From the NCBI GenBank assembly GCA_963826525.1, contig CAWGXH010000004.1, positions 640,001 through 704,000 on the forward strand: a stretch of 64,000 nucleotides of DNA. Direction: 5' to 3'. Position 1 is the first letter of the stretch, and each line of letters opens with the position of its first letter. The notes under the pieces were generated by a model, which was given only the letters and a program-made list of their open reading frames with translations, searched no databases and was not told the DNA's origin. The DNA comes from an uncultured Methanomicrobiaceae archaeon (lineage in GTDB: Archaea; Halobacteriota; Methanomicrobia; Methanomicrobiales; Methanoculleaceae). Positions 10,399 through 22,129 of this stretch are shown here, in pieces. Position numbers and translations under genes: made by a program.

Positions 10399-10938
10399 TC
10401 AAAAGATAACCGAAAAGACCCCGAGCGACAGAAGGAGCAGCACGGTCGTGATCAAAATCCAGCCGATCGTGATGAAGAGGAGCGACAGTCTCCGGTCCCA
10501 CTGCAGTATCCAGCCGATGACGGCACTCGAATAGAGGCCGAGGAAAGGCACTGCCGGGAGGACAATGAGGGTTGCGGCACCGAATTTCGACAGAATCGTC
10601 ATCTTCTCCATCTTCTTTTCAGTGCGCTCAAGGAGGTCCCGGACACGCTCCGATGTCAGGGCAAAGGCATCGCAGATATAAAAGATGGCGAGCACCATGC
10701 CGATCTCCACGAGCGTCATGATAACGAGCACCACCAGGGGGGCGAGCCCCATGCCCAATCCGACAAAAGCGGCATTTGCCTGGAGAATGATCGTGGACGA
10801 GACCAGACTGAGCACCCGCCCGAACGAGATGCCGAGTGCAGAACCAAGGATCAGCGGAAGGAGCGTGGTAAAGAGAAAGGCGACCGCCAGCGCCTTTGCA
10901 GCCTGGCGCAACCAGGTGATCACTCTCGAGAGGTTCAT
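10399..10938 (-). CDS. Small multidrug export-like membrane protein
   Basis: Five hydrophobic segments; LPAVPFLGLY motif. Confidence 0.6.
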   Translation of the reverse strand: MNLSRVITWLRQAAKALAVAFLFTTLLPLILGSALGISFGRVLSLVSSTIILQANAAFVGLGMGLAPLVVLVIMTLVEIGMVLAIFYICDAFALTSERVRDLLERTEKKMEKMTILSKFGAATLIVLPAVPFLGLYSSAVIGWILQWDRRLSLLFITIGWILITTVLLLLSLGVFSVIF

Positions 10939-11188
10939 GTGTTCTTACCATCCAGGCTACAGCCGGATTCCACTTTTCCAGGTGTGCAGAGAGAGCCGGA
11001 GGAGTATAAAAAAATACCGGATACTCCTGGCCTGACCCGCCGTCAGTAACCATCCAGGCGGGTCAGTGACTCAAATTCCATCCGGACGGGCTGCTCGTCA
11101 TACCGATCGCCTGCCGGCAGACCACGGTTTCCAGACCGATGCGGAGCAGATATATATAGTATCATCGAACCCTTCGCATGGTGTTATT

Positions 11189-11739
11189 ATGGTCAATGTA
11201 AAGTTCGGCGCCAGCTCCCTGAGTCCGGCGCAGTTGTGGCTCCGCCCCGCTGGCTTGTGCTGCTCCTCGGGATTATCGCGATCCTCTTTGGTTTTCTCTT
11301 CTTCGTCTACCCCGTCCAGACGCTGACGCTTCTCGTCACTTTCCTCGGCATCTACTGGTTGTTCAACGGTATCGTCGTCCTGTTCAGCCTCTGGACCGAT
11401 AAAACCGGACGGGGCTGGAAACTGCTGGTCAGTATCCTCGGTATCCTTGCAGGAATTCTCGTGCTCGCCTATCCCCTCTACAGCGCAATTCTCATCCCGA
11501 CCTTCCTTGCCATATTCATCGGCGTGGAGGGGCTGATCATCGGGGCAGTCTACCTGATGCAGGGATTTTCCGGCGGAGGGTGGGGAACCGGGATTCTCGG
11601 CATCTTAAGCATCGTCTTCGGGCTGATCCTGATCGCAAACCCATTGATCGCCGCCGCCGGCCTGGTGCTGCTCTTTGCAGGACTCGCCATCATCGGCGGG
11701 GTTGCGGCGATCATCCTTGCCTTCCGGATGCCGCGGTGA
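11189..11739 (+). CDS. HdeD/DUF308 membrane protein (frameshift near 11238)
   Basis: Repeated GIxxIxxG hairpins (WLVLLLGIIAILFG, GILGILSIVFG). Confidence 0.8.
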
Positions 11740-11964
11740 CGGAGGAACCCGAAGGGAGGGGCGTTCATCTCCCCTCTTTTCCGTTCCCGAAGAGGCGTAC
11801 TTCTGTGAACGGATAGTCCCCGGCTTGGGAGGAGACAGGGTGCCTCTGCCTGACGGGCGGAGCATCGACCATCCGGATCGAGTTTTGGCATCCCGTTATT
11901 TTTATATAGCGCCAATTATATTCTCACCCCGAGCAGTAATTGCTATTCTGCTCGGGAGATAGAT

Positions 11965-12382
11965 ATGAAAACGTGGATGTTTTTCGTCGCTGGAGCCCTT
12001 ATCCTGGTCTGTGCCGCTGCCGGGTGCACCCAGCCAACCCAGCAACAGGCGGAGGCACAGCTCTGCCAGAATCTTGATGACCTCGGAGTAGCGCTTCAGA
12101 ATATGCAGAACCTCAACGCAACCTCTTCTGTGGGAGATATTCGGGCTGCACGGGATCAGGCGCAGTCTGCCATGAATAATGTCAGGAACTCTGCAAACCA
12201 GCTCGCCAACGTCCGTATCGACGACCTCAACACGGCGTACAATAACCTCGATCAGACCGTGCAGGCTCTTCCCAACGATGCAAGCGTCCCTGAGGCACTC
12301 CAGACCATCCGCCCGGAGGTGCAGGATGTCCGGGCTGCACGGCAGAACCTCAGTGCAGCAGCTGAACTGCACGCAACAGTGA
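11965..12382 (+). CDS. Putative lipoprotein, helical bundle (frameshift near 12358)
   Basis: Lipobox AAGC; Q/N-rich helices; the shifted frame ends LNCTQQ*. Confidence 0.7.
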
Positions 12383-12746
12383 CGGGCAGAAACCCGGAGC
12401 GAGGAGCGGCCACAGGTTCGGGGGATCCGGTGACCGGCCTGTGCGAGGACTGATGTGCAGCAACAAGCGTGGAGAGAGACCCGGAAGGCATCAGAAGAAG
12501 CAATGTCCGGGGCGATGGATCACTCTTCTCCTCTCTTCATTATCGGGAATCCGTTACGATACCATGGGAAGGAGGGTAGAGAGATCCGGCTTCCATTCAG
12601 GTAACCTCGCTCGCCTCCTCACGATCCAATAATCGATCGCACGTAAAAGGTATGGCCACACATTTATATCTCAGTGTGAATATTCACGTTCTGTTCCCGC
12701 AACGGTATCCTATCGGATTCACGTGGAGAACAGGGAGAAACGATAC

Positions 12747-13103
12747 ATGCCAAAAGTAGATCCGCGGACGTTCTGGGTCGGGGTGATTATCGGGCTCATT
12801 GCCGCACTCATCATTAATATCCTGATAGCGATTGGTGGTGCGTTTGTCGGCGGTATTATTGCGGGCTGGCTCGCCGGGGGAGGGAAGAAGACCGGAGGCA
12901 TAGCAGGAGTCTACACCGGCCTCTTAGATGCACTTGTCCTGGCGGTGTACCTCACGGTGCTGGGCATGGAAGCCGCTCCGAGCGATCTTGTCCTTCTTCG
13001 CTTCCTCGGCTCGACGCTCTTCATCACGCTGATGCTCTTCCCGCTCCTCGGCTTCGTCGGCTATCTGGGAGGAGTGCTGGGAGGAGCCCTGAAGGAGCGG
13101 TGA
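12747..13103 (+). CDS. DUF5518-like small membrane protein
   Basis: Gly-rich TMs (IGGAFVGGIIAGWLAGG, GYLGGVLG). Confidence 0.65.
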   Translation: MPKVDPRTFWVGVIIGLIAALIINILIAIGGAFVGGIIAGWLAGGGKKTGGIAGVYTGLLDALVLAVYLTVLGMEAAPSDLVLLRFLGSTLFITLMLFPLLGFVGYLGGVLGGALKER

Positions 13104-13181
13104 AGCAGGTGATCACGGGATCGGTCGAAATGGGTGCGGTGGAGCCTGTTCCGATCCGCGACGCCGAGAATGAGGTGATCG

Positions 13182-14475
13182 ATGAGCAGGTCTGATAGTG
13201 AGATGCCCCCCGCTTTTCATGTCATGGCAAAACCGACCGGCGCACAGTGCAATCTTGACTGTGCGTACTGCTTCTTCTTAAAGAAGGAAGGACTGTACCC
13301 GGACAGCAATTTTCGGATGACCGATGAAGTGATGGAGGAGTTCATCCGCCAGACGATCAAGGGGCATCGCGTACCCAGCGTGACGATTGCCTGGCAGGGG
13401 GGGGAGCCGACCCTGATGGGACTGGATTTCTTCCGCCGCTCTGTGGAGGTGCAGAAAAAGTATGCAAGGCTGAAAACCCGTATCGAGAACACGTTCCAGA
13501 CAAACGGGATCCTCCTCGACGACGAATGGTGCCGGTTCTTCCACGACAACAATTTCCTCGTCGGTTTGAGCATGGACGGCCCCGGGGAACTTCATGACGT
13601 CTACCGGAGAGACAGGAGGGGGCGAGGCACGTTCGACCGGGTTCTCAAGGCCGCCGATCTGCTCCAGGAAGCATCATGTCGAATTCAACATCCTCTGCAC
13701 GGTCAACAGCACGAATGCCGACTATCCGCTGGAGGTGTACCGGTTCTTTCGCGACGAACTCTCCGCGCCGTATATCCAGTTCATCCCCATCGTGGAGCGG
13801 GAGAACGAGACCGGATTCCAGGAAGGGAGCACGGTGACCGATCGATCCGTCCGGCCGGATCAATGGGGGCGGTTCCTGATCGGGATCTTCGATGAGTGGG
13901 TCCGGAGAGACGTGGGCCGGATGTTTGTCCTGAACTTCGACGGGGCACTTGCGGGCTGGCTCGGGATGGCAGGGACGGTCTGCATCTTCGGGCCCACCTG
14001 CGGTCTCGGGGTGGCGCTCGAGCATAACGGAGACCTGTACTCCTGCGACCACTTCGTCGAGCCGGATCACTTCCTCGGCAACATCCTCACGACGCCGCTG
14101 GCAGATCTCGTAAACTCTGAAAAACAGCGGGAGTTCGGGATGGCCAAGCGCGATACGCTTCCCCGGTACTGCCGGGAGTGCGGGTTCCTTCCCGTCTGCA
14201 ACGGGGAATGCCCGAAGAACCGGTTCATTGAAACGCCGGACGGCGAGGCGCGCTTAAACTACCTCTGCGAAGGCTATAAAGCGTTCTTCTCCCACGCCGA
14301 CCGTCCGATGCGGATGATGGCCGACCTGCTCCGGCAGGGGCGGAGCGCCGATGAGGTGATGCCGATGCTCGCTGCAGAAGAGAGGAGATCCGGGAAGACG
14401 CCGGCAAAAGTCGGCCGGAACGATCCCTGCCCCTGCGGGAGCGGTTTGAAGTACAAGAAATGCTGCGGGAGGTGA
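13182..14475 (+). CDS. Anaerobic sulfatase-maturating radical SAM/SPASM enzyme with C-terminal SEC-C motif (frameshift near 13669)
   Basis: [27 protein letters not shown] cysteines ([22 protein letters not shown]), [20 protein letters not shown]. Confidence 0.92.
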
Positions 14476-14525
14476 ATGGTGCGCCGAAACCATGATGGCT
14501 TCGGAGGGCGGTGAAGGGATCGTCA

Positions 14526-14549
14526 TACACCACACGTTACACCACACGT
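14526..14549 (+). repeat. Perfect 12-bp tandem repeat TACACCACACGT x2
   Basis: Seen directly between the maturase and K+ channel genes. Confidence 0.8.
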
Positions 14550-14561
14550 GCGGAGTTTTCT

Positions 14562-15396
14562 ATGAAGGATGAGTCCGAATATCCGGTTGGATTCAAGGGG
14601 TCGAGTTACGAGGGATTCATCCTTCTCCTCTCCCTCCTGTCGATCTTCAATATCATCTTCCTCGTCTTCCCCGGTATGAGTCCCAATGCGACCCGGGTTG
14701 TTTTCATCGTAGACCTCCTCTTATCGTTTATCTTTCTGCTGGACTTTCTCTTCCGGTTGTTCACGGCCGAATCGAAAGTGCAGTACTTTCTCCGGGGCCA
14801 GGGCTGGGCGGATCTCCTCTCCTCGGCGCCGTTTCGCGGCATGAAGTCCTTCCGTCTCTTCCGGATTGCAAGCGATGTCCGGCTGATGCGCACATTCGGA
14901 ATCAAACGATTAAAATATGAATTCTCTGAACAGAGGGCAGAAGGAGCGCTCCTTATCGTCTTTTTCTTCATCATTCTCCTCATCGAGGTGAGTGCCACGC
15001 TCGTCACTCGATGCAGAGAGCACGGCCCCGGATGCAAACATCCGGACGGCGGGAGACGCACTCTGGTGGGCGTACGTTACAATCGCGACGGTGGGTTATG
15101 GTGATCAATACCCCGTCACCGCACAGGGACGGATTGTGGGTATTATCCTCATGACCGCAGGGGTAAGCGTGTTCGGAACCCTCGCCGGGTTCCTCTCGAA
15201 TAAGTTGACGGCACCCCGGAAGAAAAATTCGAAGAAAACCACCTCCGCACAAGACCGACAGCAAGAGACAATGAACGAGCTTCGGGAGATGTTGGCTCAC
15301 CAGAAGGAGATGTATCGGGCTATCGTCACGCGGCTGGAGAAGATCGAGCAGGCATTGAAGATCGAGAAGGGCGAAGAAAAAGAGCGGCTGCCATGA
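14562..15396 (+). CDS. 6-TM (KvAP-like) potassium channel (frameshift near 15006)
   Basis: S4-like [12 protein letters not shown]; pore [20 protein letters not shown]; C-terminal coiled coil. Confidence 0.88.
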
Positions 15397-15492
15397 GCGG
15401 CCGGTCGCCGGATGCGGCAATGTATTCTGTCGGAAGTATAATAACTGTTGAATAGAATCGTTGTCGCACTTTCCGAATGGGGGGGAGAAGAT

Positions 15493-17844
15493 ATGCCAGA
15501 AAAATGGAAAGGTGTCGTCAATGTCGATTCCAGGGACTCGGTCCCGGACTGGACGCCGTACGAAGAACCGAAAGCACCGGACGGTGCCCCGAACGTCCTG
15601 ATGATCGTCCTCGACGACGTCGGGTTCTCTGCCATGTCCTGCTATGGCGGACTGATCGAAACGCCGAACATCGACCGCCTGGCAGAAAACGGGCTCCTAT
15701 ACACCCAGTGGCACACAACAGCGCTCTGCTCGCCGACCCGTGCCTGCCTGCTCACCGGCAGGAATCACACCACCGCCGGGATGGCCTGTATCGCCGAAGC
15801 GACCACCGGGTTCCCGAACTCCAACGGCCACATCCCGTTTGAATGCGCCACGCTCGCAGAGGTGCTGGTCGAGCAGGGCTACAACACCTACATGCTGGGT
15901 AAGTGGCACCTCTGCCCACAGGAAGAGATGCACCTGGCCTCGACCAAACGAAACTGGCCGGCCGGTCGGGGATTCGAACGGTATTACGGTTTCCTGGGAG
16001 GCGAGACCAACCAGTACTATCCGGCCCTGGTCTACGATAATCACCCGATCGAGCAGCCGAAAACTCCCGAACAGGGCTACCACCTGACCGAAGACCTGAC
16101 CGACACCGCGATCGAATTCATCCGGGACGCCAAGCAGATCAACCCGGACAAACCCTTCTTCATGTACTACTGCCCCGGGGCAACACACGCTCCGCACCAT
16201 GCTCCGAAGGAGTGGATCGAGAAGTACCGGGGCAGATTCGACATGGGTTATGAGCGCTACCGGGAGCTGGTGCTTGCACGGCAGAAGCAGATGGGTATCG
16301 TTCCTGAGAATACGGAACTGCCGTCGATCAACCCTATCGGCACACCGGAGACAAGGACGGGCCCCGACGGGAAACCATACCCGGAACTCGACACCGTCCG
16401 GCCCTGGGACTCGCTCAACGATGCGGAGAAGAGACTCTTCACCCGGATGGCCGAGGTCTACGCCGGGTTCCTCTCCCACACCGATCACCAGATCGGCCGG
16501 CTCATCGACTTCCTGGAGGAGACCGGCGAACTCGACAATACCCTGATCGCGCTCGTCTCCGACAACGGCGCCAGCGCCGAGGGCGGGCCGAACGGCTCGG
16601 TCAACGAGAACAAGTTCTTCAACGGCATTCCTGATTCTCTCGAAGAAAACCTGCGGATGCTTGACGACCTCGGGAGCCCGAAGACCTACAACCACTACTG
16701 CTCGGGGTGGGCGATGGCTTTCAACACTCCGTTCAAGATGTGGAAGCGCTACTGCTACGCCGGAGGCATTGCCGATGCCTGCATATTCCACTGGCCGCGG
16801 GGAATCACGGCAAAGGGCGAGAAACGCCACCAGTACCACCATGCCATCGACGTTGCGCCCACCATCCTGGAATGTATCGGCATCCCGATGCCCGATACCG
16901 TGAAAGGGTACACCCAGTGGCCCGTCGAGGGCATCAGCATGCGCTACACCTACGATAAGGGCGATGCTCCAACAGAGCGGCACACCCAGTTCTATTCCAT
17001 GCTCGGTTCACGTGGTTCCTGGCATGATGGCTGGAAGGCGGTCACCACCCATCCGACCATCGCCGGGTGGGGGCACTTCACCGAGGATACCTGGGAGCTC
17101 TACCATGTCGAAGAAGATCGCTCGGAGACCCGGGATCTGGCCGAACAGCACCCGCACAAGCTCCTCGAACTGATCGCACTCTGGTGGCACGAGGCCGGAA
17201 AGTACAAGGGGCTGCCGCTCGAAGATCGCACGGCACCGGAAGTTCTGACCGTACCCGGCCCCAACCCGCGCCGCAACGCAACCTCTTCGTCTACTACCCG
17301 AACACCGCCCCGGTCCCCGAAGGGGTGGCGGTGAATATCCGCAACCGGTCCTATGCCATCGCCGCGGACATCGACGTACCGAAGGGAGGTGCCGAAGGAG
17401 TCCTCCTCGCTCTCGGGAGCAGGTTCGGCGGGCATGCTCTCTACGTCAAGGAGAACCGCCTGCATTACGTGTACAACTTCGTGGGGAGCCTCGAGCAGCA
17501 TGTTGTCTCGGAGGATATGGTTCCGGTCGGCAGGGCAACGCTCTCCGTTGCGTTCACCAAGGAGCGTGAGGAGCCCAGGGGTACGGCCCACGGGACGCTG
17601 GAACTCTACTTCAACGACCGGAAGGTGGGCGAAGGACAGAATCAAGACCCAACCGGGGTACTTCGATCTCGCCGGCAAAGGGCTTTCCATCGGGCGGCAC
17701 CTGGGCGAGGCGGTGACCGACGACTATCCGGGCGAATCGCCTTGGACATTCACCGGGACAATCCATAAGGTCATGGTGGATGTCACCGGCGAGCCGTACG
17801 TCCACCTCGAGAAAGAGGCAGCCGCAATGATGGCCCGGGAGTAA
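15493..17844 (+). CDS. Arylsulfatase, Cys-type, cytoplasmic (frameshifts near 17255 and 17637)
   Basis: VLDDVG, ALCSPTRACLLTGR, GKWHL, SDNGAS; C-terminal extra domain; no signal peptide. Confidence 0.92.
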
Positions 17845-17986
17845 TGGGCTGGTAGTATCGGGGAACGATACGAAAGCGGGGTGGGTGGGAATCTGCGCCG
17901 GGATGTCCGGGCGCGTGAAGCGGGCTCCCGCCCCTCCCACAAAACGTGGGTTTGAGGATCTCCGTCCCCAAACCGTCGTTCCACTT

Positions 17987-18580
17987 TTACGGGGGATTCA
18001 CCGTTTGTTCAGGAGCGGTTCCGAGCTCTTCAAGCGCCCGCTCGATGGGCGTTTTCGGTGCGTGGAAGGTCATCCGGGTGAGGCAATCGAGGACAGCATA
18101 CTCCGCCCGGGCGCGAGCCTCTTCAGGCGGAGAGGGACGCACGGGAGCCCACACGCATTCAAATACATCCCTCTGCAGTGCCGCCCTGAGAGGGGCAATT
18201 GCCCGCGGATCTCCGATCTCTCCGAGTGCCCAGGCCGCAATCCAGACAAAATCATCGCAGGCATTCGAGAGTGCCCGGATGAGCGGTTCGACTGCCCGCG
18301 GATCTTTGAGCCTCCCAAGTGCCCAGGCAGCAACCATATTCAGGGTAAATGCATCTTCTCCCGAAACGTACGGCCGCGAAAAGTCCAGCGAGGCGATCAG
18401 AGGATCGACCGCACGGGCATCTCCGAGGTGGCCGAGTGCCCAGGCTGCTTTCCAGCGCACCTTGCTATTCACATCGCCCAGTTTTGCGATAAGAGACGGT
18501 ACCGGGTCGTCGCCGAGATTGGGAAACTCCTCTCGCCAATCCCAGCAGCCTTCTCCAGGTTCTTCCGGTGAGGGGCTCAT
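17987..18580 (-). CDS. HEAT/PBS-lyase repeat protein
   Basis: Three AAWALGxxGDxRAxxPL repeats. Confidence 0.85.
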   Translation of the reverse strand: MSPSPEEPGEGCWDWREEFPNLGDDPVPSLIAKLGDVNSKVRWKAAWALGHLGDARAVDPLIASLDFSRPYVSGEDAFTLNMVAAWALGRLKDPRAVEPLIRALSNACDDFVWIAAWALGEIGDPRAIAPLRAALQRDVFECVWAPVRPSPPEEARARAEYAVLDCLTRMTFHAPKTPIERALEELGTAPEQTVNPP

Positions 18581-19108
18581 GCCCGTGAATGGGGTACACC
18601 TGCATATATGTTTAGCCGAATATCGCGTGGCTCCGGAGCGATGCATCGGCGAGCGGCAATCGGACACTGTGCAACGGACGAAGAAGACGGAGGGGTTTTC
18701 TGAGGAACGCGCCGGTACATCCTGCAATCTCCCTATACGACCACTGCGAAAACGAAATCTCCGCCAGATCCTGTTATGGCGGCCAGACCGAGACACCGGA
18801 GAATCAAACCGGCCGATGGAAAACAATTACCTGTATGTGCACCGGCATCCTACAGGGCTCGGTTCGCTGGACGGTTCTACACCGATCCGGTGCGATTTGC
18901 CGATTCAGGCCTTATAACGCCGGAGAAGATCATTTTAACCGACAAATATAATAAACGGGCAATATAATTGGCGCCGGTAGCTGTTCGCCCCGGCGACTCT
19001 CGCCCGCTCGATCACCAGGATCGTGCGACCCGGGTCCGGTGAACCACACCAGGCGGCTGCAACAGGGGACACGGGGACGACAGCTCAACGGTATATGAGG
19101 TGATATCC

Positions 19109-19645
19109 ATGATGCGAAGAAGAGCAGCAGGCGGCCCGCGAGGTCGCGAAGAGGCTGGCGGCGCACACCAGTATAAAATGCGCGAGAAACTCGTCTCCAT
19201 CGGAGATGACTTCTGGATCGAAGATAATGCCGGAAAAAAGGCCTTTAAAGTGGACGGCAAAGCGTTGCGTGTGCGCAACACCCTGATAATCCAGAACACG
19301 GAGGGGCAGGATCTCTATAAGATCCAGGAGAAGATGCTCCATATCAAAGACACCATGGAGATCGAACGGGGGGCCGGTGGTACGGCGGCGACAATCAAGA
19401 AGGCCCTGATCACGCCGATCCGTGATCGTTGGACGGTAAGTATCCCCGGGGAGCAGGACTGGGATGTGCAGGGCAACATCGTCGACCACGAGTACCATAT
19501 CGATGCCGGGCGGGAGCGTGTCGCCGAGGTTTCGAAGAAATGGTTCCGGGTCCGGGACACGTACGGCGTGGAAGTGGAACCGGGGCATGACGATGCGCTC
19601 ATCCTCGCCGTTACGGCGGCGATCGACCAGATGTCGCACGATTAA
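19109..19645 (+). CDS. LURP-one/scramblase-like (tubby C-terminal) protein
   Basis: YKMREKLVSIGDDFWIE...VDGKALRVR...KKWFRVRDTYGVE. Confidence 0.88.
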   Translation: MMRRRAAGGPRGREEAGGAHQYKMREKLVSIGDDFWIEDNAGKKAFKVDGKALRVRNTLIIQNTEGQDLYKIQEKMLHIKDTMEIERGAGGTAATIKKALITPIRDRWTVSIPGEQDWDVQGNIVDHEYHIDAGRERVAEVSKKWFRVRDTYGVEVEPGHDDALILAVTAAIDQMSHD

Positions 19646-20070
19646 GAGGGGACCGACGGAATCAAAGGGAGAATGGGTGGTCAGTCCCGGAAACAGGACT
19701 CCTGCCATCGTATTCCCCTTCCGACCAACCGGTTCCTGGATTCCCGGTCATGGCGTCAACCATGAGCACTCCGAGGAAGATACCGAAGGAGAGAGATACA
19801 TCCGAACATCCGGAAGACTGGCAGACCCGAATGAAAGAGAGCCGTTCATCCATTTAATATAACCACATATTTATAATAAAATCTTTATATCATCCGATCC
19901 ACAGTAGGCCGAGCCCGCCTCCTGCATGCATACACCCGAAGAAGTCGACGGAGATTGCTGATCGACGCCTTCGGGGCTCTTGGTGCCGCTTCTTATAACG
20001 GCAGTATAAGCGTAGTATACGGCTGGAGCGGGCCATCTGAGAACAGATTCAGTAAAGGGGGAATAAAGAA

Positions 20071-20628
20071 ATGGCTGAAGTTATGTATGGACCGATGCAG
20101 CTCCTGGTCATCGGATTTCCGAACCCGGACTTCCACGGCCAGATTCGCCGTGCGCTCGGGTCGGTCATGGAGGAGGGAATTATCAGGCTGATCGACCTCC
20201 GGTTCGTGTACAAAGACGCAGACGGCAAGGTCAGTGCCATGGAGGCTACCCAGCTGAGCGATGAGGAGCGGGAGCGCTTCGGCGCCGCCGTCGGCGCACT
20301 CATCGGCCTCGGGGCCGGCGGAGTGGAAGGAGCACAGAAAGGCGCCGAAACCGGCTCCATGGCGGCCGCCCAGCGGACCTTTGGGATGACCGAGGAGGAC
20401 GTCCAGAGGATCACCGACGCCATCCCGAACGACAGCGCCGCCGCCGTCTTCCTCATCGAGCACCTCTGGGCAAAGGACCTCAAGGAGGCACTCCGCGATG
20501 CCAACGGATACCTCGTCGCCCAGGGCATGATCACACCGGAAGCCCTTGTCATGATAGGAGATGCACTGCGCGAAGCAGCTGAAGGTGCAGAGGAGGAGAA
20601 AAAACCGATGGCGGCACCGGCACGCTGA
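20071..20628 (+). CDS. DUF1269/DUF6325-like protein
   Basis: YGPMQLLVIGF...IIRLIDL...SAAAVFLIEHLWA. Confidence 0.8.
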   Translation: MAEVMYGPMQLLVIGFPNPDFHGQIRRALGSVMEEGIIRLIDLRFVYKDADGKVSAMEATQLSDEERERFGAAVGALIGLGAGGVEGAQKGAETGSMAAAQRTFGMTEEDVQRITDAIPNDSAAAVFLIEHLWAKDLKEALRDANGYLVAQGMITPEALVMIGDALREAAEGAEEEKKPMAAPAR

Positions 20629-20866
20629 AGCGATGCCGAGATTGGCCCACTCTCATTTTTTATTCGGGGTGTTCGCCTCCTGAACACGAATCCTTGATCG
20701 TTCAGGATACCACTGTTCCTAGCCTCTTCAGGAACCCGCCATAATTGACGTGCCGCTCTCCGGTATGAGCGTGAATGGAACCAGGCAACCGGCGGCATCT
20801 GCTCGAAAAGCTCATTTAAACCATCTGCGTGTTACAGCCCCTGCCCCCACAGGGGAGGGAAGTAGT

Positions 20867-21319
20867 ATGGCAGAGCAAGGCAGAGTCATGGGCCCTGTTG
20901 ATTACCTGATCGTCAGGTTTCCGGGGAACAAGTTCAGCGGTGAGATCATCCCCGAGCTTGCCAACCTGGTACAGAGCGGCATCATCCGGGTTATCGATCT
21001 CGTCTTCACCATGAGGGACGAGACAGGGCAGTTGGTGAAGGTTGAGGCGAAGGACCTGCAGGGAGAGATGGGCAATGCCTACAGGGAACTGGCGCGGCAC
21101 ACCGACGAATGGTTCTCCGAGGGCGACATCGAGGTCCTCACGGAGGGGCTGGCGAAGAACAGCTCGGCCGCACTCCTGCTCTTCGAGAACGTCTGGGCCA
21201 TCCGGTTCAAGGAAGCATTGATGAATGCGGATGCCGAGCTGATCGACATGGGCAGGATCCCGCCGGAGACGATTGAAAAGGCAGAGAAGAAGATCATCAA
21301 GGTTGAGCGAGGTGTTTGA
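20867..21319 (+). CDS. DUF6325-family protein
   Basis: MGPVDYLIVRFPGNKFSGEI...IIRVIDLVF...SSAALLLFENVWA...GRIP. Confidence 0.85.
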   Translation: MAEQGRVMGPVDYLIVRFPGNKFSGEIIPELANLVQSGIIRVIDLVFTMRDETGQLVKVEAKDLQGEMGNAYRELARHTDEWFSEGDIEVLTEGLAKNSSAALLLFENVWAIRFKEALMNADAELIDMGRIPPETIEKAEKKIIKVERGV

Positions 21320-21321
21320 AG

Positions 21322-21558
21322 ATGCGAGGAAGAGGGCTGATGCTTGTTGCGGGGCATAGGATGGGCAAGCAACAGGCGCAGCGGCAGATGGCACAGGCGG
21401 AAGAATCCAAGCAGCAGGGGGCGCAGGAGGCCGCACAGGCAGCAGCGCCGCCCACGGACGATGTCATCGCGCAGATCGAGAAGCTCTCCGCACTGCATGA
21501 GTCTGGAGCCCTGACCGACGAGGAATTCGCCGCCGCCAAGAAGAAGCTTCTGGGCTGA
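21322..21558 (+). CDS. SHOCT-domain small protein
   Basis: IEKLSALHESGALTDEEFAAAKKKLL. Confidence 0.88.
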   Translation: MRGRGLMLVAGHRMGKQQAQRQMAQAEESKQQGAQEAAQAAAPPTDDVIAQIEKLSALHESGALTDEEFAAAKKKLLG

Positions 21559-21899
21559 TCCCATCAATTTTCTTTCATACTGTATCAATCGCTCGAATCA
21601 CCGAAGAGCCCTGAAATTGTTCCATGTGCCTGTCCTCTACGCGGGGGCCGGGAGTCCGCAGGCAATGCCTTTTCGATGGAGATTAGTGGCAGCCAGTGCT
21701 TCTGCGCCATATGTGAAAAAAGGAAAGAGACAGACGTGGTCCGCGAGGTCGCGGCCATTGCTCTTTATTCCTAGAAACTTTAATCGACCCTCCGTATCGG
21801 CGGGCACTCCCACGTAGCATCCACGACTTCCTGGTGCGGGACACACAGGCGCAGAATGGGGAACCATGCGCCGCTGCCTGCGGAGCCGCAGCTGCCTTC

Positions 21900-22110
21900 G
21901 CTTCGAGGCCGTTCACGAGCTCGAGCCGCGCCGGGACCCGTGCCGATGCGCTTCAGCTCGCCGGCAGTCAGAATCTGGGCGCCTGCATTCCGGATACCGT
22001 CCTCGATCTTTCCAGCGAACTGCGGGTCGACGAAGAGGCCGACGGCCACCGCGCCGGGGTTGAGAGTATCCCCCAGGTGGGCCGCCTTGACGTTCAGCTC
22101 CGCTGGGCTG
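21900..22110 (-). pseudogene. C-terminal remnant of a DUF1269-like gene
   Basis: AHLGDTLNPGAVAVGLFVDPQFAGKIEDGIRNAGAQIL resembles the DUF1269 C-terminus; no N-terminal part. Confidence 0.4.
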
Positions 22111-22129
22111 CCCGGCGGTTTGCCGGCGA

